A stretch of 64,000 nt of DNA from Nitrosopumilus sp. (GTDB taxonomy: Archaea; Thermoproteota; Nitrososphaeria; Nitrososphaerales; Nitrosopumilaceae), in NCBI GenBank assembly GCA_965204345.1, contig OZ241981.1, positions 1,760,001 through 1,824,000 on the forward strand, in the 5' to 3' direction. Numbering within the stretch: position 1 is the stretch's first letter; each line of letters begins with the position of its first letter. The translations under genes were made by a program, and so were the position numbers. Below, one piece after another: positions 42,601 to 52,124 of this stretch. Under the pieces are notes generated by a model. That model searched no databases and was not told the origin of the DNA. It saw nothing but the letters and a program-made list of their open reading frames with translations.

Positions 42601-44179
42601 TATTGGTACGGCATCTGCTACAGACAATGCAGGTGCAAGCCCTGTCATAACAAACAATGCACCAAACTCTTTCCCACTTGGCACCACGCAAGTTGTCTGG
42701 ACTGCCACTGATGCAGCAGGCAATACCGGCTCAGATACGCAAGATATCACCATACAGGACACAACAAAGCCCGTATTTGGTATAGGTGTACGGGACATCA
42801 GCCTGACCTCCAGTGTTTCAACGTCAGTTGACTTTGCAACTCCTTCTGCCACTGACATCTTCCCCGTAAGCATATCCTGTGATCCTGCATCTGGAGCAGT
42901 ATTTGCCATAGGTACCACTCAAGTTACATGTACTGCCACTGACTCAAACGGCAACTCTGCTGAGGCTGTCTTTAGCATAATCATATCTCATTCATTCTTT
43001 AATCCCGTCTTAATTGATGACTCATTTGATGCCACGCTAGACAGCTGGCAATACAAAGAAAAACCCCACACCGTAGCTAATCAGCAGTATTGCCACACCC
43101 AAAATACAGACGTGTATTCCTTGAGTCGCAGCACTGATCATGGCGGCTCTGCCAATGTACAATATTCCGTATCATGCTGGTTTGGGGCTGCAGGAGGCGC
43201 AAGGTCCTTTGAGATTCCCTCTGTGTATAGCTCAGGCGATTTGTCCATATCCCTTGACCGCAGAAGCTTGGCAGACCTGCTCAGATTTAACCACGTAGGA
43301 CATATCAACAACATGCATTATCTAATTTCAGATTCGCAAAACAACGTTTTTAGCACCAGTCCGATATTTAAGGGGGAGCGAAATTCCAGTATAGGCGACA
43401 CGGGCTGGGGCAGTTTCTCCATGAATATTCCATTTACTGAGTCACTTGCATGTCCGTGTGAGCTTTACATTTTTACCCATGACTCGTGGCAGGCAGAATG
43501 GAAAAAACAGTTATTCTTTGATAATGTGACCCTCAAAGTCATTCCATCTGCCTCAGGGGCAGTTGACACAGCTATGGATGTGCCCAGCACATTAAAAGTG
43601 GATGAACTGTTTGGCATGATGTTCTCAAATGGCACCAAGATAGTGGTTACAAACAAGCAGGTATACGATAACAGCATCGCAATATCATGGGACGCCTTTG
43701 ATCATGCCCAGCAATACAAGGTAACAATTGCGGCAGCAGATACGCCAGCAGAAGAGTTTGCCTACAATACAAACAAGACAGATCACAGATTCATTGGGCT
43801 GGAGCCTGACACGCAGTATGAGATTCGAGTCGGGGTAACATCAGATGTCTCAACCCAAAGCGTACTACAAGCTAGAACTTTAAGTGACGGCGACGCAATC
43901 TTTGAGAGTATGCTGTCTCTGAGCGTTGCAATTGAAGATGAAAATGCTGCAGTGTTATCCTGGACTGATGCAAACAATGTCGGAGGCAACACGTATAGGG
44001 TTGAGCGCCAGATTGATGGCGGGTTTGTCCCGACAGACTTGCAGCCTGGAGCAAACACCGTGGCCTCTGAGAACATTTTGGATGAATGGCATGGGGTAAC
44101 GCTGACATACAGGGTCTACGAGATAGTCGATGGCCAGAAGCTGTATTCAAATGAGGTTTCGGTAGATATACCACAGTAA
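39662..44179 (+). CDS. Secreted metzincin (M72/reprolysin-like) pseudopeptidase with Ig, MAM-like, HYR repeats and FN3
   Basis: AFAVVD..C...YS-ATNAIGRMHGAGYD...HGHGY...RTMMA...WSDP follows the peptidyl-Asp metallopeptidase layout, but HExxHxxGxxH is replaced; HYR-type DTTPPVI...VTCTATD repeats; FN3-type GLEPDTQYEIRV. Confidence 0.85.
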   Translation: MTNLLALLLAIFAVMGIGHAYAQTSELFVPLPDSELESLDAFEGYNFESQMVTIDTQVFSSEQLSITIFGQSTTFTKDSVEHYEDGNYLWEGSNDNEETAMFEVSGTKAVGIIDTSNRTFQVFPVEATTHEVYLIDQSQFPPDTVVPPGASGEQSFDRDEIDHLVESYIGGFKYVRFTEDLVIDVFIAITTDAISEYGSLERFISNSVIRNTDSTYGYNNIPVELNLVDRVRVSGYTETDDLETDLYKFRFSDEGNLERVRVLIEREEADIAIMFVDSIIDDDVDVDDYAKDLDNKCSLAAQQLVRTPSTAFAVVDIKCLAAYSATNAIGRMHGAGYDIDMERNPIFSHGHGYYDVGIAQRTMMASSGGNCDNPITQTKETCDRRRVWSDPFRNFLGTTNRIGDDVSWNARVVFATAPHIASLRGPAQTYDDTRPTGSVTLPQNIPQSGKLNISATFNEIINPNFPLDVTITNGYTSTTGTMTRTSDTTFEYSHLLDGEDGTFVILFSNARDIFGNPVAKTPTSGGMVTLDAEDILHRPFSGPITTNFEDNFQGGLSQWKLTGYGRPTTATPDEVIFPATDIDTANKVMSSNQCSRICMSTIPTLLDTRQPLTISFDRFVDKSIRQDDGLYLEYSVDDGTTWTTLAEYTSDNDEDTDDWEREYVSLVIPQSSAKLRLLMDVSERRGFVEVDNFKVYKPVPAVPDIMLRPILSMDRTQISFSLMERIPVRLDASDFEISHGTITSLSHRANSSSASMRVADIPYDTPITVTYTGPSILINGVYLNSGTSGMTNSIPKPVVLPEITAPSDMTIEATGALTRLAAEQLGTPTVTGDRLLPATNNAPRDFPLGDTTVRWTVTDASRNSATDTQVITIRDTTPPVIQDVTDLTLETDTDSIAANYAVPVATDTVDTSVDVSCNVAVGADLPIGEHIITCTATDDSENTSQTIFRITVIFPDFVMPVITAPTDITLEATGILTPVNIGTASATDNAGASPVITNNAPNSFPLGTTQVVWTATDAAGNTGSDTQDITIQDTTKPVFGIGVRDISLTSSVSTSVDFATPSATDIFPVSISCDPASGAVFAIGTTQVTCTATDSNGNSAEAVFSIIISHSFFNPVLIDDSFDATLDSWQYKEKPHTVANQQYCHTQNTDVYSLSRSTDHGGSANVQYSVSCWFGAAGGARSFEIPSVYSSGDLSISLDRRSLADLLRFNHVGHINNMHYLISDSQNNVFSTSPIFKGERNSSIGDTGWGSFSMNIPFTESLACPCELYIFTHDSWQAEWKKQLFFDNVTLKVIPSASGAVDTAMDVPSTLKVDELFGMMFSNGTKIVVTNKQVYDNSIAISWDAFDHAQQYKVTIAAADTPAEEFAYNTNKTDHRFIGLEPDTQYEIRVGVTSDVSTQSVLQARTLSDGDAIFESMLSLSVAIEDENAAVLSWTDANNVGGNTYRVERQIDGGFVPTDLQPGANTVASENILDEWHGVTLTYRVYEIVDGQKLYSNEVSVDIPQ

Positions 44180-44250
44180 GACGTCTTTGTACACATTAAT
44201 TTTAGGTCATTTTGAAGTTTCCTACTCTTCTCTCCTTTCTCTTCAAACAA

Positions 44251-44296
44251 GTTTGGTAAATTCTCGTTATCTGATCATCAAAATTTACTGGAATCC
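44251..44296. repeat. Short imperfect palindrome made of both MITE-like ends
   Basis: GTTTGGTAAATTCT...ATCAAAATTTACTGGAATCC resembles the reverse complements of the two ends of 14103-14258. Confidence 0.5.
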
Positions 44297-44366
44297 GAAT
44301 TGAACTGTCCTATGAAATGTCCCGAGTTTTGAACAGTGTATAGAATAGCAAATATTTATAAATCAT

Positions 44367-44380
44367 TTAGCTTAACCTAA
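44367..44380. promoter_or_regulatory. DtxR-like box between TATA and start codon
   Basis: TTAGCTTAACCTAA, downstream of TTTATA (44355-44360). Confidence 0.5.
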
Positions 44381-44381
44381 T

Positions 44382-45191
44382 ATGATGATTGGAGCGAATA
44401 CAATCCTAGTTGCTTCTTTGACTGTTGCCATAATTCTACCACTGACCATGGCAGGTATTGTATATGCGGATGACGCATTAAAAAAAGATTTTGACCTCTT
44501 AAAAGAAGCAGAAAAGATTGAAGAAAAAGAAAAAGGACTCAAGTATGATAAAGACGGTAACAATAAAGACAGTATTAAAAATGAAGATCAGAAACGACAT
44601 GAAGATATCGTAAAAGAACTCAATTCCAGAGGAATATTCCATAAAAGTCAAACACTTGGTGACAGTATGGTTGGTTATGAGGTAGTTAATACTCAAAGTA
44701 TTAGCAACTCTGATCAAATACAAGTAATTACATATTCTCCGACGGGGAATAATATAGAAACAGACGACTATGTTTGTTCACCATGCGGTGAAACTCATGA
44801 CAAAAAACTATCGATTAAATCTGGCATGGAATGGAATAATTCTTATTTCCCTGCATGGGTTAACAGAGTAGAGAGTGATTGGTCAAAATTTGGAGATATG
44901 TATGAAGCAGCAAGATCTCAAATATCTGGAAATGAACACGATGTAAGAATATACGTTAAGACAAAATCTAATCATCCTATTACTACTGCATCATTTACAA
45001 TTCATTCTGATGTATTCATAAGGGATCAGCATGGTGGTTGGGTGACACTTGGTTCAACATTCATAAAAGCATATCCTCAAGTGTACTATCCATACGCATT
45101 CAGCATTAAAGGCGATGTATTGTACACAAAAGATTACTTGCCTGGTCCTACACGACATATAGCGTCTATAACTATCCTGGCAATATCATAA
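44382..45191 (+). CDS. Secreted hypothetical protein (charged pro-like region plus beta-rich C-terminus)
   Basis: Signal peptide TILVASLTVAIILPL...YA. Confidence 0.85.
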   Translation: MMIGANTILVASLTVAIILPLTMAGIVYADDALKKDFDLLKEAEKIEEKEKGLKYDKDGNNKDSIKNEDQKRHEDIVKELNSRGIFHKSQTLGDSMVGYEVVNTQSISNSDQIQVITYSPTGNNIETDDYVCSPCGETHDKKLSIKSGMEWNNSYFPAWVNRVESDWSKFGDMYEAARSQISGNEHDVRIYVKTKSNHPITTASFTIHSDVFIRDQHGGWVTLGSTFIKAYPQVYYPYAFSIKGDVLYTKDYLPGPTRHIASITILAIS

Positions 45192-45208
45192 TATCTTTTT
45201 TTAAAATC

Positions 45209-45580
45209 ATGTCTTTGGAAATCTCGACCATCACATATTTGGAACAAGTAAAAAAAGTTCTTCCTGAATGGGATATTACAATAACACCTGTAGATCTCAT
45301 GGAGAATCCCCAAAAATACAACAAAATGGACATCAAGTTAGTTAACATTAAAAATAAAATTACCCGAGATGCCAGTATCCCTTTGTTTAAGCCACCTCCA
45401 AATGCATTACCACCTCATCATGCTAGTGTTATCACTATAAACATAGCCTCATTAGCCTATAAAGAAGAACCAGAAAAAGAGGCGGATCTTACTCAAAAAA
45501 TATTTAATCAGCTTGGGACATTCTATGAAATACGTAAGCATGGTTCTGATAAATGTCGGTGTTCCTGCCATAAATCATAA
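45209..45580 (+). CDS. Hypothetical protein ending CRCSCHKS
   Basis: 123-aa ORF whose 3' end overlaps MITE-like copy 3. Confidence 0.7.
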   Translation: MSLEISTITYLEQVKKVLPEWDITITPVDLMENPQKYNKMDIKLVNIKNKITRDASIPLFKPPPNALPPHHASVITINIASLAYKEEPEKEADLTQKIFNQLGTFYEIRKHGSDKCRCSCHKS

Positions 45581-45658
45581 ATGTAATAATTGGTAAATTG
45601 TACTTTGAGATTTTTTTGATGATTAAATCTTCTAGATAATTTAAGAAAATCATCTTTT
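45542..45658 (+). mobile_element. MITE-like repeat, copy 3 (right end missing)
   Basis: GGTTCTGATAAA...CATAAATCATAAATGTAA...TTTGAGATTTTTTTGA...TAAGAAAATCATCT, collinear with copies 1 and 2. Confidence 0.55.
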
Positions 45659-45662
45659 TCAT

Positions 45663-46340
45663 CTATCCCAAACTCGATATTAGTGGCACAATATCTTTTT
45701 TTACACACACGATCATCGGTATGTCATTTTTAACATACGTTGATACCTGGGTTTCCCGCAAATCCATGATCAAGTCTTGAAAATCTTTGATGTTATCTGC
45801 CTCAAATGCTAGCATAAAATCTTCATCATGTATGCCAAAGGAATACGTTGTATTGAGAACTATTTGTGGGTACTTTTTACTGACATTGATATGCTCATCC
45901 ATTATTTCCTGGCGTTTTTCTTTTGGCAGTAGGTACCACTCTCTTGTTTTTGTAAATGGATACACGATAACATGTTTTTTTGGATTGTTGCCTGTGATGA
46001 ATCCGTGGGCCTTTTGTTCCTGCACGTAAATAGACGGCCTTGTACATGACAAATATGTCATTGAAGGGATGATGTATTTTCCAAAGACTGTTTTGTATAT
46101 TTTTTCCATTATGACTTGTATCTCTTCAACTGTTTTTGCTGCAAACCAAAATAAAAAGTCCGCATCATCTCTTAGTCCCAAATTTGAATATGATCTGAAC
46201 ATGATTCCAGAATTATTGATTACATTTTCAACTTCCTTTGCAGATTCTTCCTTTGCCAAATCTGCCATCCATCTCCATTTGGGATCAACTTTGAAAAATG
46301 AGAAATTAAAATAATATTGATCTTCTTCTTCTTCTGACAC
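45663..46340 (-). CDS. Chlorite dismutase-family heme protein (coproheme decarboxylase-like)
   Basis: YPFTKTREWYLL...M.EH, YSFGI.D.DF and LRE motifs. Confidence 0.88.
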   Translation of the reverse strand: MSEEEEDQYYFNFSFFKVDPKWRWMADLAKEESAKEVENVINNSGIMFRSYSNLGLRDDADFLFWFAAKTVEEIQVIMEKIYKTVFGKYIIPSMTYLSCTRPSIYVQEQKAHGFITGNNPKKHVIVYPFTKTREWYLLPKEKRQEIMDEHINVSKKYPQIVLNTTYSFGIHDEDFMLAFEADNIKDFQDLIMDLRETQVSTYVKNDIPMIVCVKKDIVPLISSLG

Positions 46341-46620
46341 GCTCTCTTGAATTTTAAAACCCTATTTAAACAAAAACTAGATTCCCTGTTGTGAAATTTC
46401 AATTATTTTATCTGGTGTTTTATGACATGTTTTTCTTTGGATTGGTGTCGTTGGCATTCCAAAATGTTGGCACTTTTCTTGATTATTTCTTTATTTGCTT
46501 TAACCTTTGGTTGGTTCTGATTTAATACTGGTATTGATTTGTGCATCCTTTATCTCTAAAAATTTTACATGAACTTGCAATTCAATTATTTTTGTGAAAA
46601 ATTATTGTAACTAAATTTAG

Positions 46621-47391
46621 CTAGGCTGATTGTTCTAGTGCCCACTCGTAACCTTCTGCTTCAAGCTTGTCTGCAAGTGACGCATCACCTGTTTTTAATA
46701 CCTGCCCCTTTGCAAATACATGTACAAAATCTAACTTGTCTAAGAATTTGAGAATCCTTGCATAGTGGGTAATTATAACTACTGTTGCATCCCTGCCTGA
46801 CACCTTGCTGATTGCCTGTGCTACTGCTTGAACTGCATCAATGTCCAATCCTGAATCTGGCTCATCCAAAACTGAAATTTTCGGTTTTAAAACTGCCATC
46901 TGTAAAACTTCCGCACGTTTCTTCTCCCCTCCTGAAAATCCCTCATTAAGATATCTTGAAAGGAATTCTTCTCTTAATCCGACTTTTTCCAAATTTTCTT
47001 TAAGATATTTTTGAAATTCTCTTACTGTGATGAATACTTCTCTGTCGTCTCCTTCCAGTGCCTTGCTAAGCGAATTGTAAGCTGTTCTTAGAAAGTGAGA
47101 AAACCCTACACCTGAAACTTCTGTCGGATATTGAAATCCTAGGAAGAGGCCTTTCTTTGCCCTTTCATCTGCGGTTAGTTCTAAAATACTCTCTCCGTCT
47201 AGCAAAATATCCCCCTTGGTAACTTCGTATTTTGGGTGTGCAAGTAACGTGTAAGCTAGCGTACTTTTTCCTGAACCGTTTGGCCCCATTATGGCATGTA
47301 CCTCACCTGGGCCTGTTTTGAGATTAACCCCTTTGAGAATCTCTTTGCCTTCCCTTGATACGTGAAGATCCTTGATCTCTAATACTGCCAT
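46621..47391 (-). CDS. sufC: Fe-S assembly ATPase SufC
   Basis: GPNGSGKST, FQYP, GFSGGEKKR and LDEPDSGLD motifs. Confidence 0.96.
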   Translation of the reverse strand: MAVLEIKDLHVSREGKEILKGVNLKTGPGEVHAIMGPNGSGKSTLAYTLLAHPKYEVTKGDILLDGESILELTADERAKKGLFLGFQYPTEVSGVGFSHFLRTAYNSLSKALEGDDREVFITVREFQKYLKENLEKVGLREEFLSRYLNEGFSGGEKKRAEVLQMAVLKPKISVLDEPDSGLDIDAVQAVAQAISKVSGRDATVVIITHYARILKFLDKLDFVHVFAKGQVLKTGDASLADKLEAEGYEWALEQSA

Positions 47392-47432
47392 AATGCGACT
47401 TGTTCTGATTCTCTATATAATACCGACGAAAT

Positions 47433-47446
47433 TTAGCTAATCCTAA
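47433..47446. promoter_or_regulatory. DtxR-like box upstream of sufC
   Basis: TTAGCTAATCCTAA, ~10 bp upstream of the sufC TATA box. Confidence 0.5.
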
Positions 47447-47509
47447 TCGCAAGATGCTTAATAAAATGAAAAGAAAAAAAATGGGGGGGGGGGTTGGTTT
47501 TTTGTGCAG

Positions 47510-48463
47510 TTAATTGGCCAGAGATGGTCTCAAAGTGATTTTGAGCTTGTAGCACGTTAGTATCTCTTTACATCTGTTTCTGATAGTGACCTCTGTAACT
47601 CCTGCAATACTTGAGACGTCCCTCTGTAGGACGCTTTGTCCAAGTAAAACTGATGCTACATACAGATATGCTGCGGCAATTCCATTTGGGGCTTTTCCAT
47701 CTGCAATGCTGCTATCCTTGGTTTTTTCTGCAATTTCCAAGGCCAGTCTCTCGACTCGTACCTCTGTCTGTGTCATGTTTGCTATCTTTGAGATGTACTT
47801 GTCCATGGTTACAACAGGGGCGTGTAACTGTCCCATTTCCATTACCATGGTTCTATAGTATCTAGCTGCAAGTTTTGTTTTTGACTTGACATCTTTTGCA
47901 GGACAAATTCCTCGGCAAATTTCTTCCAATGATCTTACCACGTCACATTGTTTGCATGCCATGTAAATTGTAGCAGCAGTGATGCTTACCACTGACTTTC
48001 CCTTTACTTCTACATGTCCATCCAAATTCCTGTATATCATCGAAGCAGTCTCCAACACATTCTTTGAAAGATCCAGGCCTTCGCATGTTTCGCCCATTTT
48101 GGTTAAAACACTTGCCAGTCTTCTCTCTCTTGGTGAGGAGACTCTTACTCTTTGCTGCCATTTTCTGAGATTATGCATTTGATTTGCGACATCGTGGTTG
48201 ATTGTTTTTCCACTAAAGTCCTTTGCACTGATTGAAATCTCAGTGGTTATTCCCAAGTCATGCTGGGAATACGTTGTTTGCCCTGTTGCCCTTGCAAGCT
48301 TCATCTTGTCTTCAAAATTCGAGCTTGTTGTTTCTGGACCAAAATCTGCAATCTGATCATCGACTACAACGCCGCAACCAGAACAGATTATTTCACCATT
48401 CTGTATGTCATCTACCAGTGTAGATTTGCATTCAGGACAGTTTTGTTTTTCTAGCATGTTCAT
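47510..48463 (-). CDS. tfb: Transcription initiation factor TFB
   Basis: CPEC..C..CG Zn ribbon, two cyclin repeats, VTEVTIRNR. Confidence 0.96.
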   Translation of the reverse strand: MNMLEKQNCPECKSTLVDDIQNGEIICSGCGVVVDDQIADFGPETTSSNFEDKMKLARATGQTTYSQHDLGITTEISISAKDFSGKTINHDVANQMHNLRKWQQRVRVSSPRERRLASVLTKMGETCEGLDLSKNVLETASMIYRNLDGHVEVKGKSVVSITAATIYMACKQCDVVRSLEEICRGICPAKDVKSKTKLAARYYRTMVMEMGQLHAPVVTMDKYISKIANMTQTEVRVERLALEIAEKTKDSSIADGKAPNGIAAAYLYVASVLLGQSVLQRDVSSIAGVTEVTIRNRCKEILTCYKLKITLRPSLAN

Positions 48464-48729
48464 TATTTTCTTCTCCTAAATTTTTTTGGCTTTTCAGCAG
48501 GAGATTCTTGAGATGCGAAAACGTTTTTGCCAACGTATTTTTTAATATTGTTCGTTAATGGCGTAGCTGATGCAAACGGTCTAGCTATTGGACCTATCAG
48601 TTCGTTTACTTTTGCAACTCTAGTTCCCTTTTCGTCACAGAGTATCTGTCCTTCAGCCAATTCTGTTGATAGCTGAATGATTACCCTGCCACTACCGGCT
48701 AGGTGCATTATTTCGCCTACCTCCTGCAA
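48463..48729 (-). CDS. gar1: H/ACA RNP protein Gar1
   Basis: G.RVAKV.ELIGP..RP.A pattern; sits upstream of tfb. Confidence 0.85.
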   Translation of the reverse strand: MQEVGEIMHLAGSGRVIIQLSTELAEGQILCDEKGTRVAKVNELIGPIARPFASATPLTNNIKKYVGKNVFASQESPAEKPKKFRRRK

Positions 48730-48803
48730 TTAGATAACATAATTATCGTATTGTTATCATAGACTTCTGTCAACTTTACTTTAGCTAAGAGCTAGATTTC
48801 ATC

Positions 48804-49103
48804 TTATTTTGATCGTTTGGATCTTTTTGCCACTAGCTTTTCTGAAATTTTGTTAAGAATTTTTGTCTTGGAGGATCCTTTTGGCACAATAACATACCCT
48901 GACCTCACAAAGGGTTTTTTGGGAAACCTTACTTTGTCATTTGATTCTGTAACTTCAAGTCCCCCGGCCTTTGTTGCATCTGTCAGTTCCTTTAGCGACG
49001 GATCAAAGACACACTTTTCCAGTCCTAACCTCCTGCCTTCAGATCTTTTTAAATTCTTGTTGAAATAATCCAGCCAGATTACGACGTGCTCGTAATCCTT
49101 CAT
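48804..49103 (-). CDS. srp19: Signal recognition particle protein SRP19
   Basis: VIW..YF...KRSEGRR pattern. Confidence 0.88.
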   Translation of the reverse strand: MKDYEHVVIWLDYFNKNLKRSEGRRLGLEKCVFDPSLKELTDATKAGGLEVTESNDKVRFPKKPFVRSGYVIVPKGSSKTKILNKISEKLVAKRSKRSK

Positions 49104-49104
49104 T

Positions 49105-49488
49105 TTATTCCTTTAGTAAAATTGCGTTAACGATTCCGTTCTGTCCTGGTTTTGAAACAACCCTGCATTTGCCCTCTCGCGTTTCAAGAATTGCTCCCTT
49201 TGTGATGATTCCCCGCCTTTTGTAATCATTGTTTGTTGCGTTTTCTAGCACTTTGATAATCTTTGATTTTTTTACTTTGGCATCCCCTGTTGCCAAGTTA
49301 ACAAAGTCAACTGACTTTAGAGCTGTTTTTTGATTGTTGCCGCGAACTCTTCTTGTTATTGTAACTTGAGCTGCATTGATAGGCTCGTTTGGATATCTGT
49401 CTATCTCATATTTTCTTCTAATTCTAAGCGGAATTCTTCTTCCTCCTGTAATCTTGCTAGTTGCTAAATTTTCTACTGACTTTCTCAC
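49105..49488 (-). CDS. rps8e: 30S ribosomal protein S8e
   Basis: TGG, RVRGNN.K, IITKGAI and PGQ.G.VNA motifs. Confidence 0.95.
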   Translation of the reverse strand: MRKSVENLATSKITGGRRIPLRIRRKYEIDRYPNEPINAAQVTITRRVRGNNQKTALKSVDFVNLATGDAKVKKSKIIKVLENATNNDYKRRGIITKGAILETREGKCRVVSKPGQNGIVNAILLKE

Positions 49489-49561
49489 AAAATCATGTCT
49501 TAATCACTCTAATTTATACAAAACGACAGAACCTAGCCATGATTTGAAAAATTCACCTGGT

Positions 49562-50134
49562 TTACTTTGTAGTAATTTGTGGAGAAGGAGCCGCTGCTTG
49601 CTTACTGGCAGTCCTTCGTACTTTGGAGAACAGTCTCTGCTTTAGATCCTCGACATCTCCCTGTATGCCAAAATATTTCTGGAATTTTTCTGTCGTCGTG
49701 TAAATTTTTAGCCGTCCCACATTTTGATGGCTGATATAGTCCAACTGTCGTAATTCTTTAAGATGTGCGTATACTCCGGATCCTCTTGTTTCCACCAATT
49801 GTTTTGACGAAATTGGCTGCATGTATGCAATATATGATAATGTCTTCAATGTTGCATTTGGGAGGACTGGCTTTGATGCATATCTTTTAACGGTTGCACT
49901 GTATTCTGGCTTTAGCTGCATTACGTATGATCCGTCTGGAAGTATTACCACTTCTAATGCTTTGAATGCATTTTTTGTCTTTTTCATTATGTTTCCAAGC
50001 AACTCCAATGTCTTGGTTCTGGATTCTGTGCCTGAAGCCCTTGTAACATCCTCAATTTTGAGCGGCCTGCCTGCCGAATACAATGCAGCCTCTATTCTTG
50101 CTGTTGCCTCATCGAGATTTTCAATTTTGACCAA
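49562..50134 (-). CDS. scpB: SMC-associated protein ScpB
   Basis: IEAALY, TLSYIAYMQPI and Y.TT.KF..YFG motifs. Confidence 0.93.
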   Translation of the reverse strand: MVKIENLDEATARIEAALYSAGRPLKIEDVTRASGTESRTKTLELLGNIMKKTKNAFKALEVVILPDGSYVMQLKPEYSATVKRYASKPVLPNATLKTLSYIAYMQPISSKQLVETRGSGVYAHLKELRQLDYISHQNVGRLKIYTTTEKFQKYFGIQGDVEDLKQRLFSKVRRTASKQAAAPSPQITTK

Positions 50135-50154
50135 TTATTTTCTCCCCATTGTGC

Positions 50155-50832
50155 TTAATTTTTTAATTCTTCTCTTATTACTGTGATTTTGATGTCATCC
50201 TCAATCTGTTCGAGGTCTACCCTTTGATCCCTTGCTAAAAACAATGCGGCAAAGAAACATCTGATTGAGTCAACCTGATCAAGCTCTGCAATGACGTCTT
50301 GCAATAATCCAAATCCTGCGGCTCTGATCTTCCTCATTATCAATTCTTCGTATTTTCCAATTATGCTTTCAAGTGAAATAAAGAATTCTTGAAAGTCCGG
50401 CGCTGCTATGGGCTCTATGTCTAACTGCTTGCTTCGTCTTGATTGCGGGTTTGCAATTGTTCCGATGAGATTCTGCAGTAATCCCAACAAGTCATCTAGT
50501 GACACCGGGTAAGTGGATTCGTGTCTGTATGGAATGTCTATTAATTCAATGTCAACGTCTGTTCTTTGATGCATTGGCTTTTTCTCCATTGCCGCCTTTT
50601 GTAGTGCAAAAATGCTCTCAACTTTCATTCTGTAAATTAGTGATGATGACAGTGCTGCCATTCCTGCCACCTTGAGATCTTTTTTACCCGTTCTTTCAAG
50701 AATTTTTATTAATAAATTTAAAATCTGAATAAGATCAATTTCCCAAACGTCTTTTTTGACAACTGATGATGGACTAAATAGGATGTTTACTGGTTCCTGA
50801 GAGATGCTGTTGGGAGTTTGTGCTTTGCTCAC
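50155..50832 (-). CDS. scpA: Kleisin ScpA
   Basis: DVWEIDL and FFAALFLA....V.LEQ motifs; adjacent to scpB. Confidence 0.85.
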   Translation of the reverse strand: MSKAQTPNSISQEPVNILFSPSSVVKKDVWEIDLIQILNLLIKILERTGKKDLKVAGMAALSSSLIYRMKVESIFALQKAAMEKKPMHQRTDVDIELIDIPYRHESTYPVSLDDLLGLLQNLIGTIANPQSRRSKQLDIEPIAAPDFQEFFISLESIIGKYEELIMRKIRAAGFGLLQDVIAELDQVDSIRCFFAALFLARDQRVDLEQIEDDIKITVIREELKN

Positions 50833-50926
50833 ATAACCTTTCTCTGACTATTCAATAATATCTAAGGGCTCTATTTTTTTCTCACATCCAGTCAACTCTT
50901 ATATTGTTAGTGTAAAAAAACCAACT

Positions 50927-51979
50927 ATGAAATCTGCTAGGATCACAGGTCCAAATGCACCACTTGCTGTATCTGAAACTGATACTCCCAAGCCCCAGGA
51001 CACCCAGGTACTAGTCAGGGTCAAGTCTGTGGGTGTCTGTCATAGTGATCTACACTTGTGGGAGGGCGGATATGATCTTGGTGATGGCCAGTTCATGAAG
51101 GTTACTGACAGGGGTGTCAAATATCCTGTGACTCCCGGACACGAAATTGTCGGCACTGTTGAGGATATCGGTGATGGTGTTTCTGATGTTTCCAAAGGGG
51201 ATAAAGTGCTAGTCTTTCCTTGGATTGGCTGTGGTGGGTGCCCTGCATGTAAGGCAGGCAATGAAAATTTATGTGATACCCCAAAATCTATGGGTGTTTT
51301 TCAGGATGGCGGATATTCTGATTATGCACTAATTCCTGATTCTAAATATTTAGCCAAGCTTGAAGGTGTTGATCCGGATGCTGCTACGTCTCTTGCTTGT
51401 TCAGGACTCACTGCTTATACTGCAATTAAAAAATCCAATGCCAATTCTCCGGAATTCATTGTTATTGTAGGCGCCGGTGGCTTGGGCCTGATGGGAGTAC
51501 AGATTGCAAAAGCCATTACTGGTGCCAAAATTATCTGTGTTGATCTGGATGATCAAAAATTGGAGACCGCAAAAGAGATGGGGGCCGACTATGCTGTCAA
51601 CTCCAAAGATCCACAAACAGCTCAGAAAATAATGTCTATCTGCAATGACAAGGGCGCAGACAGCGTAGTGGATTTTGTCAATGCCCCCCCTACTGCAAAA
51701 TTAGATTTAGCGATTCTTCGAAAGAGGGGCAATCTGGTCCTTGTTGGCCTGTTTGGCGGTTCGATTGAGTTATCCCTGGTTACAATTCCTCTAAAATCAA
51801 TTGTAATTCAGGGCGCATACACTGGCAACTATGATGACATGGTTGAGTTACTTGCCCTTGCAAGAAAGGGAACAATCAATCCCGTAATATCCAAAAGATA
51901 TTCTCTTGATGAGGCAAATTCTGCATTGGAGGATCTTAAAGCACGTAAAATCATTGGTCGTGCAGTAATCAATCCCTAG
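50927..51979 (+). CDS. adh: Zn-dependent alcohol dehydrogenase
   Basis: GVCHSD, GHE, CxxCxxC...C and GAGGLG motifs. Confidence 0.95.
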   Translation: MKSARITGPNAPLAVSETDTPKPQDTQVLVRVKSVGVCHSDLHLWEGGYDLGDGQFMKVTDRGVKYPVTPGHEIVGTVEDIGDGVSDVSKGDKVLVFPWIGCGGCPACKAGNENLCDTPKSMGVFQDGGYSDYALIPDSKYLAKLEGVDPDAATSLACSGLTAYTAIKKSNANSPEFIVIVGAGGLGLMGVQIAKAITGAKIICVDLDDQKLETAKEMGADYAVNSKDPQTAQKIMSICNDKGADSVVDFVNAPPTAKLDLAILRKRGNLVLVGLFGGSIELSLVTIPLKSIVIQGAYTGNYDDMVELLALARKGTINPVISKRYSLDEANSALEDLKARKIIGRAVINP

Positions 51980-52124
51980 TTCCATATCTTACACTTGCAC
52001 ATCTTAAAAACAAGCAATTCATTACCGCTCTAACTGTATCCAAATCAGGCATTATTGACTCTTGCCCATAAGTCATGAATCACTTGAAATTTGGCTGAAA
52101 TTGCATTAGCTACTGTTTTGAGAT

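Noticed and set aside
17617-47391. sufC separated from sufBD as a sign of rearrangement
   Set aside because: As far as I recall this split is the usual Nitrosopumilus arrangement (not verified here); both parts are intact.
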